A model generated the notes under the pieces. The model did not search any database and was not told where the DNA came from. It saw only the letters and a list, made by a program, of their open reading frames with translations. Below, piece by piece: positions 8,143 to 15,828 of a DNA stretch of 64,000 nucleotides. The position numbers and the translations under genes are program-made. The DNA is from Candidatus Latescibacterota bacterium. GTDB taxonomy: Bacteria; Latescibacterota; UBA2968; UBA8231. The stretch is from positions 4,177,693-4,241,692 of the forward strand of contig CBDCDC010000002.1 of the NCBI GenBank assembly GCA_965215195.1. Reading direction: 5' to 3'. The first letter of the stretch is position 1; each line of letters starts with the position of its first letter.

Positions 8143-8397
8143 AGTATGAAATTTTACGCTGCATCCACCGCAGCGTACACCTTGCCTCTTTTGGTCAACC
8201 AAGCCACATCTTCCCGTGCGGCGTACTCCTTGATCTCCCGCAGGAGTTGAATCGTTGCAGATTCATAGCACGGCTCACTCGGGTCATCGGCTGGGACGAC
8301 CATCACAAACTTAGTCGCGTTCGCTTGATGCGCTGTCCGGGAATGCGCATGGCTTAATCTCCGTTAAAAAAATGTACAGTTACGAGCTTGGCAGGGC

Positions 8398-9030
8398 TTA
8401 TTCCTCAAGAAACACATACCGCTCCAGTCGGGCTAGTTCGTGGTCGTCGACGTATTTTCCGATTTCTCGTCTCCATTGCGCCATGCTCTTATAGGGTCGG
8501 TATTCCTCAAACTCGTGCGCCATGCGCTTGCCAACCCCTGGGATCGTGAGGAAATCCGCCTCGCTGGCGCTGTTGAGTTCGAGCGGCACGAAGACGTACT
8601 GCTCCAGTCGGGCTAGTTCGTGGTCGTCGACGTATTTTCCGATTTCTCGTCTCCATTGCGCCATGCTCTTATAGGGTCGGTATTCCTCAAACTCGTGCGC
8701 CATGCGCTTGCCAACCCCCGGCACTAGTTTCATTTCGGCGTCGCTGGCGGTGTTGAGGTTGATCGGCAGGAAGAGCTTGGCGTACAGTTCGGCTCGGACC
8801 GAGTCCGCCAAAGTCGAATCCAAATAGGCGTTGAAGGCTTCCATGCCGATAAAAGGCCGTTGCGCCACAATCCCCTCGACCAACGCCGAATCGAGTTGCG
8901 CTAGGGCCAATAGCTGTTCGCCGCCGGCTCGGTTGGGATTGAGGACTGTTTCGTTTTTTCCCACCTGCCCTTGGGCGCTGCTGCCGTAGAGACAGACGGC
9001 TAAGATCACGGCTAAAACGACTTGCTGCAT
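8398..9030 (-). CDS. Secreted helix-hairpin-helix (ComEA-like) repeat protein
   Basis: Signal peptide MQQVVLAVILAVCLYGSSAQG. Three LNxASxxxxxxxPGVG HhH-type units are present, and the last two 60-aa units are nearly identical. Confidence 0.65.
   Translation of the reverse strand: MQQVVLAVILAVCLYGSSAQGQVGKNETVLNPNRAGGEQLLALAQLDSALVEGIVAQRPFIGMEAFNAYLDSTLADSVRAELYAKLFLPINLNTASDAEMKLVPGVGKRMAHEFEEYRPYKSMAQWRREIGKYVDDHELARLEQYVFVPLELNSASEADFLTIPGVGKRMAHEFEEYRPYKSMAQWRREIGKYVDDHELARLERYVFLEE
8421..8718. repeat. Tandem in-frame duplication, period 180 bp, inside the ComEA-like gene
   Basis: 8421-8538 and 8601-8718 are identical over 118 bp by direct reading. Confidence 0.9.
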
Positions 9031-9033
9031 TGC

Positions 9034-9474
9034 TTAATCCTTTGTTTGCTCCCGACTCAGGGCCGGGTGTTGGTACGTGTAAAGGAACCCGACTAGTCCT
9101 AGCTGAACCAGTGCCCCGGGTGCCAACGCCGGCATAGCGCCGCCCAACGCCTTAGACAGCAGTTCCAACCCAGTCAGCGTCGGGTACATCTCCAATTCAA
9201 ACTCCATGTTGGCACTAAGGTGAAACCAGAAGCCGACCATGCCGCCTAAGGCGAAAGTTAGCATGGTCAAGCGGAATAGGCGCAGAATGACCCTGCCTCG
9301 GTAGAGGAGCCGCGCCGCCAACAAAACCAACCCAAACGCCAACAAGGCCAAGGGCACCTGTTGACGCCATTCTTCAAAGTGCCCGAGCAGCAGCAATTCG
9401 GTGCCTAGTCCCACAGTTCCTATGACAAAAATCAGCAGGAGACCTCGCCGCAAGGTCGCATGAGCTCTATCCAC
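9034..9474 (-). CDS. Small integral membrane protein (about 4 TM helices), unknown function
   Basis: Hydrophobic segments LLLIFVIGTVGLGTELLLL, LALLAFGLVLLAARLL, LTMLTFALGGMVGFWF and ALAPGALVQLGLVGFLY. Lies 3 nt upstream of the ComEA-like gene. Confidence 0.55.
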   Translation of the reverse strand: MDRAHATLRRGLLLIFVIGTVGLGTELLLLGHFEEWRQQVPLALLAFGLVLLAARLLYRGRVILRLFRLTMLTFALGGMVGFWFHLSANMEFELEMYPTLTGLELLSKALGGAMPALAPGALVQLGLVGFLYTYQHPALSREQTKD

Positions 9475-9486
9475 GAAAGTTTACAC

Positions 9487-9603
9487 CTATGACTCCAATT
9501 GAGCCGTGCCGTTCAATGTTTGGTTGAAGAAACTAATTGTGCGTTCCCAAGCCAGTTTGGCTGCTGCTTCGTCTCGCTTGGGGGTGATGCGGTGGGCGCG
9601 CTC
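9487..9603 (-). pseudogene. C-terminal remnant (about 38 codons) of a dienelactone-hydrolase-like gene
   Basis: The frame directly after the DUF1854 stop reads ERAHRITPKRDEAAAKLAWERTISFFNQTLNGTAQLES-stop. This resembles DLH C-termini (..aaxdAWxRtlxFFxxxL). No upstream body is present. Confidence 0.35.
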
Positions 9604-10119
9604 TCACACCATTTCCTCGACCAAGGCCTGGCTGGCCGGATCTAGATGCCGGTAGTCGGGAATTTCGTAGCGGTTGCCGTCGGCGTCTTGTATTGCGACT
9701 CGCCCGCCGCCCAAAAGGCGGACATCGCTATTTCGGTGGCTGGAATAGATGTCAAAGGTGCGCGGTCCTCGGTCGGTCTCTACCTCCCAGCGCGGCACTC
9801 GGTTGGCCACGGTCACCCTGGCGATGCGCTGGATGCGCGGCGTGAAATAGGCCCGCTCCAACTCGTCTTCCACGGCTTGGCGGCTGGCCCGATCTAGCGC
9901 ATCGAGCCGGGCGAGCGAGCCAATCTCCTTGCCCTCGCGGTCTTGGACGACGATAAAGCAATCGTCGCAGGTGAGGGGAAAAGCCCGTTTGACCCGGACC
10001 CTCGGATAGGTGCGGTCCCCGGCTAACTCCAAGTTCAGGTCTTCGAAAGCATCGACGAAAAAACGCGCTTTATCCGGGTCGAGATAGGCGACTTCAGCAG
10101 CTAACTTACGGCGCTGCAT
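9604..10119 (-). CDS. DUF1854-family protein (partner of the upstream ABC exporter)
   Basis: Size, position 4 nt after an ABC permease/ATPase fusion, and motifs are as remembered for DUF1854: FPLTCDDCFIVVQD..GKEIGSLARLDALD, TPRIQRI, WEVETDRG, DADGNRYEIPD. Confidence 0.6.
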   Translation of the reverse strand: MQRRKLAAEVAYLDPDKARFFVDAFEDLNLELAGDRTYPRVRVKRAFPLTCDDCFIVVQDREGKEIGSLARLDALDRASRQAVEDELERAYFTPRIQRIARVTVANRVPRWEVETDRGPRTFDIYSSHRNSDVRLLGGGRVAIQDADGNRYEIPDYRHLDPASQALVEEMV

Positions 10120-10123
10120 AATG

Positions 10124-12448
10124 TTACCAAGCCCTCAGTTTGGACATTTCGGTTTGCATGCGGCACAGATGCGCGTAGATGCCATCTTGCGCAATCAGCT
10201 CGTCGTGGGTGCCTATTTCGGCGAGTTTGCCCTTGTCGAGGATGAGCAGGCGATGGGCGTTTTTGAGGGTGGATAAGCGGTGGGCAATGGCAAAGGTGGT
10301 GCGCCCTTGGACCAGCCGCTCTAGGGCTTCCTGAATCTGCGCTTCGGTCTGGGTATCGACGTTGGAGGTGGCTTCGTCGAGGATGAGAATGCGCGGGTCG
10401 CGCAAAATGGCCCGGGCAATGGACAGCCGCTGCCGCTCGCCCCCAGACACGCGGGTGCCGCGCTCGCCGACCAAGGTATCGTACCCGTCGGGCATGTTCA
10501 TGATGAAGTCGTGCGCATTGGCGGCCTTGGCCGCGGCCACGATTTGTTCGAGGGAAGCGGCGGGATGGCCGTAGGCAATGTTCTCGGCCACGGTGCCGTT
10601 GAAGAGAAAGGGGTCCTGCAAGACCACGCCGATTTGCTCGCGCAGCGATTGGAGGTTCACTTGGCGGGTGTCGCGGCCGTCGACGAGGATGGTGCCCGCC
10701 TGCGGCTCGTAGAAGCGGCAGATGAGGTTGATCAAGGTGCTCTTGCCCGCGCCGCTGTGGCCGGCCAAGCCGATCATTTCGCCCGGCTCAACCGCGAAAT
10801 TCAAATCCTCAATGACCGGCTTGTCTTCCTCATAGCCAAAGTGGACGCCGCGAAATTCGACTCGGCCCGCGATGGGCGGCATGAGCACCGCGCCGGGCTG
10901 GTCGATCACCTCCGGGTGCGTATCGAGCACGTCAAAGACGCGCTCGGCCGAGGTGGCGGCGCGCTGGAAGCGGTGGTTGAGGCGGCACAAGTTCTCCACC
11001 GGCCCGTAAAAGCGATACATGTAACTGGTAAAGGCGACAAAGGCCCCCAACGTCAGCTCCCCGGCCAAGATGTCGCGGCCGCCGACCCACCAGATGATGA
11101 TGGTGCCGATGGAGGTTATAAAGGCCATGACCGGGCCGAACAGGCTGCGCATCCACGCCACCCGCAGTTCGCCTTGCAGCAGGTCTAGGCTGCGGCCCTT
11201 GAACTTGCCCACTTCCCGCTGTTCTTGGGCAAATGCCTTGACCACGCGCACCCCCGGGATGGTATCGGCCAGCAGGGCACTCAGGCCGGCCCAGCGACGC
11301 CACAACGGCCGGTATATGGCGTGTAGCCGCCGGCCAAAGCGCAGGGTCGCCCACACCAACAGGGGCGTCGGCAGCAGCACGAGAGCTGCTAGCCCGGGAT
11401 TGAGCGCAAAGAGGATGATGCAAATGATGACCAAGGTGAGCACATCGCGGATGGCTTCTTGCAGACCGTCGCCGATAAAATCCTGCAAGCGGCCCACGTC
11501 TTGGGTGACGCTGGCCATAATGCGCCCGGTCTCGTTTTTGTTGTAATAACTAAGCGACAGCGCGTGGAGATGGGTGTACACCTCGTTGCGCAGGCCGTAG
11601 GTGACGCGCTGGCCAATGCGAGCCATGATATAGCTGCGCAGACCCGACAAGACGCTGACGGTGAGGTTCATCGCTATTAACAAGCCCACCAGCCATGTCA
11701 GCGCAGCGACTGGATCGTCCTTGGACACGGGCAAAAGAGATAGCAGATCAAAGCGCACCCCAACGTCCATAGAAGAAGGGGCACCGGCATTTAAGACATC
11801 GTCGATGAGAACGCTCATCAGCAGCGGCTGGCCCAAGCCAATGGTCGTGGCCACCACCATGAGCAACAGGCTCAGGGCAATGAGCCGCCAATGCGGCTGG
11901 GCATAGCCCAACAGCCGGAACAGTAGCTTGCCCTTTTCCAGACAGGCCGGGCATACTCCGTAGTAGCGCGGAATGACTTGGCCGCAGCGGTCGCAGCGCT
12001 TGCGCCCGGCCCGCGCCCCGGCCAACCGCCCGTGCAGCACTTGGCCCTCGGCCTCGGTTGAGCGGGCTTGCTTGACTAGGCGCTCGACCTGATTGGGCAA
12101 TTCGGACAGGGCCGGCACCAAGCTCTTGGAGAATACGGCCATGGTCGCGCCCCGCTCTGCGGTGCGCACCTTGAGGGCCGCAGTCCCCCAATCCTCGCGC
12201 ACCTCCACCCCGTTTATTTGGTTCAGGGGCAGACAGACCATATCGGGCGGGCCCCCGCTGTCCGGGCTGAAGGCCACTAGATGGTCGTCGGTGGCCATCA
12301 GCCACGCCTCGCCGTACTGGCCGTCGAGCTTGATATCGGTAGTTACTGCCAAGCGGAGCTCTTCGTCCGGGCCTACTACCTCGGCCAGTTCGCGTCGCAC
12401 CTGCGGCGGCACGGCCTTTTTTGCCGTGTTGCGTTCAATCTCTTGCAT
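10124..12448 (-). CDS. ABC exporter (TMD-NBD fusion) with an N-terminal PH-like domain and a zinc ribbon
   Basis: Walker A GHSGAGKST, signature VSGGERQR, Walker B ILILDEATS. Six-helix type I exporter TMD. The N-terminal 190 aa hold a beta-rich PH-like region and CDRCGQVIPRYYGVCPAC. Start set at MQEIERN (ATG 12448). Confidence 0.85.
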   Translation of the reverse strand: MQEIERNTAKKAVPPQVRRELAEVVGPDEELRLAVTTDIKLDGQYGEAWLMATDDHLVAFSPDSGGPPDMVCLPLNQINGVEVREDWGTAALKVRTAERGATMAVFSKSLVPALSELPNQVERLVKQARSTEAEGQVLHGRLAGARAGRKRCDRCGQVIPRYYGVCPACLEKGKLLFRLLGYAQPHWRLIALSLLLMVVATTIGLGQPLLMSVLIDDVLNAGAPSSMDVGVRFDLLSLLPVSKDDPVAALTWLVGLLIAMNLTVSVLSGLRSYIMARIGQRVTYGLRNEVYTHLHALSLSYYNKNETGRIMASVTQDVGRLQDFIGDGLQEAIRDVLTLVIICIILFALNPGLAALVLLPTPLLVWATLRFGRRLHAIYRPLWRRWAGLSALLADTIPGVRVVKAFAQEQREVGKFKGRSLDLLQGELRVAWMRSLFGPVMAFITSIGTIIIWWVGGRDILAGELTLGAFVAFTSYMYRFYGPVENLCRLNHRFQRAATSAERVFDVLDTHPEVIDQPGAVLMPPIAGRVEFRGVHFGYEEDKPVIEDLNFAVEPGEMIGLAGHSGAGKSTLINLICRFYEPQAGTILVDGRDTRQVNLQSLREQIGVVLQDPFLFNGTVAENIAYGHPAASLEQIVAAAKAANAHDFIMNMPDGYDTLVGERGTRVSGGERQRLSIARAILRDPRILILDEATSNVDTQTEAQIQEALERLVQGRTTFAIAHRLSTLKNAHRLLILDKGKLAEIGTHDELIAQDGIYAHLCRMQTEMSKLRAW

Positions 12449-12497
12449 GGATTTGCCCCGTACAACGCGACACCAGATTTGCGTCGGTGCGTTGGAT

Positions 12498-15400
12498 TTA
12501 CCGCGCACTGAGCTCGTCCAAGTGCGCGGTCGGTAGGTTGGGAGGGCCGCCCCGGGCCATTTTGTGCGATGTGCGGACTACGCGCTTGCACCACAGGGCC
12601 AGATCGTCCAACAGCGAATAGAGCGTTGGGGCCAGCATCAAGGTCAGCACCGTTGAGGTGGCCAAGCCGCTGGCTACGACCAAGCCCACCGGCCCCCAGC
12701 GGCGGGCAAAACCCTCGGACGTGCCATAGACCATCGGCAGCACGATCGGCATCAGGTTGAGGATGGTGGTAAAGGCGGTCATCAGGATGGGCCGGAGCCG
12801 GTGCTGGCCGCCGAGGCAGATCGCCGCGCGCCGCGACAGCCCGCTCGCCCGCAGGTGGTTGATATGGGCGATCAGCACGATGCCGTTGTTGACGACAATG
12901 CCGAAGAGGATCAAAAGCCCCAAGGCACCGTTGTTGTCAAAGGGGACGTCGAGGACGTATAGCCCCAAGGCCACGCCGATCAAGGAGAAGGGGATGGCGA
13001 GTATGATGGTGAAGGGGTGGATCAGGGATTCGAAGAGCGAGGCCATGATTAGGTAGATCAACAGCACGGCAAAAATGGCGGCGAAGTTGTTGTCGCTGGC
13101 CTCCTCCTGCTCCCAGCGCGCTGCCCGGCCCAAATCCCAGCTATAGCCGGGGGGCAACTGCATTCCTTCCATCATCTCGCTGATCGGTTCCATCAGGGTG
13201 CGGGCTACATGGCGGTTTTCAGTGTTGGCGAAGACGGTGACGTTGAGGACCCGATTCTCGCGCCTGAGATCGCGGGGGCCGCGGCCAAGCTCGAAGTCGG
13301 CCAGCGACGCGAGCTGAACCGAGCTGCCGTCGCGGGTCTCGTAGCGGCTGTTTTTGAGCTGGTCGAGGGAGGTGCGGTCGCCTTCGTTGAGCTGCATGAC
13401 GATGTCGATTTCGCGGTCGTCGCTCTTGAAGCCGCTGGTGCGGCGGGTGCCCAAGGCCGCGGAAATGCCTTGGGCCACCTCGCGCGGCGACAGCCCATAG
13501 CCGAGTGCCTCGGCGCGGTTGATCTCGACGCGGACTTCGTCTTCGCCATCTTCGAGGCTGCTATCGACGTCTTGGACCCCGGGTAGCTGTTCGAGACCGG
13601 CTTTGACGTCTTCCATTAGCACGGCTAAGACTTCTGGGTCGCGGCCGTGGAGCTGGACTTCGACGCCGAGTTGGTTGCCGGTCCAACTGCGCGAGCGGCC
13701 CATTTTGTACGTGTAGCCCACTTTCTCTGGCAGCAGTTCCTTGATTGCATTGCCGGCCTCCATGGTCGAGAGCTGGCCCTCGTCGGCATCGACGAGATAG
13801 GCGCGGATGCTGCCGCGGCGCTGGCCGAAGCGCGTCATGAGCGATTGCAGGTCGAGCGAGTCTTTTTTTGCCAAAATGATGTCTTCGATCTGCTCGAAGT
13901 GTGCGCGGATCTCGTCGAGGCTGTAGCTGCGGTCGATGACCACCGTCATATCCACCCGGCGCTCCGGGGTCCAGGGGGTGCCGCGCTGCTCAATCTGGTT
14001 GTAGAGGTAATAGCCGGTGCCGGTCAGGGCCACCGTGGCCAGCAGCGCGACCCAGCGGTGGTCGAGCGTCCAGTTGAGCAAGCGGCCATACGAGGCGCGC
14101 AGGCCGTGGCGCGAGCAGTACCAGCCGAGCGCGGCCCCGGCCAGCGCAGTGAGCGCACAGCCGAGAATGGTCTGCCACTGCATTCCGCCGATTGAGGCGG
14201 CGATCAGCCCAGACCAGCGGTCCCACCAAGCCTGCAAGCCGCTCCAGCCAAGGTCGCTGATCTGCCAGTAGGCAATGCCCACCACGACTGCGACGACCAG
14301 CAGCTTGAGCCAGCGGTCGAAGCGCTCAACCCCGGCGCGAAGCAGCCGCGAGGACACCAGCGGAATTAGCGACAACGAGACGATCATCGACACCATCACG
14401 GCGAGGCATATCGCGATCCCGGCGTCCTTCATCCACGCGGCCGAGCGGCCATCGGAGAGGAAGAAGAAGGGCACGAAGACGCAGATCGTCGTCAGGGCCG
14501 AGGCTAGCACGGCCATGCCGACTTCGCGGCTGCCCACGTGAGCGGCCTCATCGGCGTCGAGCCCGTCTTCTTGACGGCGGCGGAAGATGCTTTCTAGCAC
14601 CACTACCGCCGGATCGACCAACATCCCCACCGCCAGCATCAGCCCCATCATCGAGACCATATTGAGGGTGATGGTTGATTCAAAAACCTCGCGGGCGACG
14701 TACATGCCGATAAAGACGCACAGCGCCGAGGTGGGGATGGCGAGGGCGATGACGATGGTCGAGCGGATGTTGCGCAGGAAGAGGAAGATGATAGTCATCG
14801 CCAAAAACGCGCCCAGCAGGGCCGAGTTGACGAGCATACCCGCTTCTTTGAGCACGGCCTCGGCGCGATTGCGGTCGATGAAAATTCCGAGTTCGCCATC
14901 GTATTCGTCCTCAATCGCCTGTAACTCGGCGACGACGGCCTCGCCGACATCGACGACATTGGCGGTGGAGGCTTTGAAAATTTCTAGCTCCAGCGCATCG
15001 GTGCCGTTGAGCCGCTCGTAGCGGCGCTTTTCGGGGTAGCCGTAGTTGATCTCGCCGATGTCGCTGAGGCGGAACTGACCGCCCATAAGCGGCATGGAGG
15101 CAATTTCCTCAGCGCGGGTGAACTCGCCGATGGCGCGGGCCATGTAGCGCTGGTCGCCGTCCATGACCCGACCCAGCGAGATGTTGGTGTTGTTCTCGTT
15201 GAGCTGCCAGCCGAGCGAGCCCAGCGATATGTTGTGGGTCTGCAAGCGCTCCTGGTCCAGCTCGACGATGAGCTGTTTTTCCTCAAAGTCGTCGATGACC
15301 ACGTTGACGACGCCATTGAGCCGCAACAGCCGTGGCTCAATGACCTTCTGGATTAGGTCGAGCAGGCGGTCGCCGTCGCCGCGCCACGCCAGATTGGCGT

Positions 15401-15818
15401 CTATAATGGCGCGCTGGTCGGACTGCCAGCGGCGCAGGCTGACGCGATCGACGTCTGAGGGCAGGAGGGCGCGGGCTTGGTCGAGTTTTTCGCGCATTTC
15501 CATGTTGGCCAAGTCCATGTCGGTGCCGGCCTTGAAGTCAACGCGCACCTCGCCCTGATTGCGCCCCGAGCTCGAACTGATGCGGTCGATGTTGTTGAGT
15601 GTGCCCAGCGTCTGCTCCAGCGGCAGGACTACCAAGCGCTCGATCTCTTCGGGGGAGTTGTTGTTGTACTGGACGCGGGCCGTGATCCCAGAAGAGGAAA
15701 TGCTCGGCAACTGCTCTATGGGCAGGCGGTCTAAGGCGACCACACCTACTACCAAGGCGCAGACGGTAATCATCAACGTGGTCACGGGCCGTTTGAGCGA
15801 AAATTCCGACAGGTTCAT
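12498..15818 (-). CDS. RND (AcrB/HAE1-type) efflux transporter, second paralogue
   Basis: More than 1100 aa, 12-TM RND architecture, N-terminus NLSEFSLKRPVTTLMI. SD AGGAGG lies 6 nt upstream of ATG 15818. Confidence 0.9.
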   Translation of the reverse strand: MNLSEFSLKRPVTTLMITVCALVVGVVALDRLPIEQLPSISSSGITARVQYNNNSPEEIERLVVLPLEQTLGTLNNIDRISSSSGRNQGEVRVDFKAGTDMDLANMEMREKLDQARALLPSDVDRVSLRRWQSDQRAIIDANLAWRGDGDRLLDLIQKVIEPRLLRLNGVVNVVIDDFEEKQLIVELDQERLQTHNISLGSLGWQLNENNTNISLGRVMDGDQRYMARAIGEFTRAEEIASMPLMGGQFRLSDIGEINYGYPEKRRYERLNGTDALELEIFKASTANVVDVGEAVVAELQAIEDEYDGELGIFIDRNRAEAVLKEAGMLVNSALLGAFLAMTIIFLFLRNIRSTIVIALAIPTSALCVFIGMYVAREVFESTITLNMVSMMGLMLAVGMLVDPAVVVLESIFRRRQEDGLDADEAAHVGSREVGMAVLASALTTICVFVPFFFLSDGRSAAWMKDAGIAICLAVMVSMIVSLSLIPLVSSRLLRAGVERFDRWLKLLVVAVVVGIAYWQISDLGWSGLQAWWDRWSGLIAASIGGMQWQTILGCALTALAGAALGWYCSRHGLRASYGRLLNWTLDHRWVALLATVALTGTGYYLYNQIEQRGTPWTPERRVDMTVVIDRSYSLDEIRAHFEQIEDIILAKKDSLDLQSLMTRFGQRRGSIRAYLVDADEGQLSTMEAGNAIKELLPEKVGYTYKMGRSRSWTGNQLGVEVQLHGRDPEVLAVLMEDVKAGLEQLPGVQDVDSSLEDGEDEVRVEINRAEALGYGLSPREVAQGISAALGTRRTSGFKSDDREIDIVMQLNEGDRTSLDQLKNSRYETRDGSSVQLASLADFELGRGPRDLRRENRVLNVTVFANTENRHVARTLMEPISEMMEGMQLPPGYSWDLGRAARWEQEEASDNNFAAIFAVLLIYLIMASLFESLIHPFTIILAIPFSLIGVALGLYVLDVPFDNNGALGLLILFGIVVNNGIVLIAHINHLRASGLSRRAAICLGGQHRLRPILMTAFTTILNLMPIVLPMVYGTSEGFARRWGPVGLVVASGLATSTVLTLMLAPTLYSLLDDLALWCKRVVRTSHKMARGGPPNLPTAHLDELSAR

Positions 15819-15828
15819 AACCAACCTC

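Noticed and set aside
8203-8215. Short palindrome TTGGT-CA-ACCAA upstream of the TetR gene as a possible auto-operator.
   Set aside because: The arms are only 5 bp and it has no resemblance to the 20350 palindrome. It is easily explained by chance.
7585-8250. Long ORFs antisense to or overlapping clear genes. Examples: 7585-8250 (+), 24006-25088 (-), 26765-27625 (-), 28585-29541 (-), 30606-31397 (-), 32667-33743 (-), 35646-36230 (-), 37843-38616 (-), 38839-39666 (-), 56511-57230 (-), 59541-60338 (-).
   Set aside because: High-GC DNA has few stop codons, which produces long shadow frames. Their products are Arg/Ala/Pro/Gly-rich low-complexity strings with no motifs. Each lies opposite a gene with strong family signatures.
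8154-8303. 49-codon minus-strand ORF ending 11 nt upstream of the TetR start (MVVPADDPSEPCYESATIQLLREIKEYAAREDVAWLTKRGKVYAAVDAA). It faintly resembles a Phd/YefM-type antitoxin N-terminus.
   Set aside because: The ORF is too short and the resemblance too weak to call by eye. There is no adjacent toxin gene. It may simply be leader sequence of the TetR transcript.
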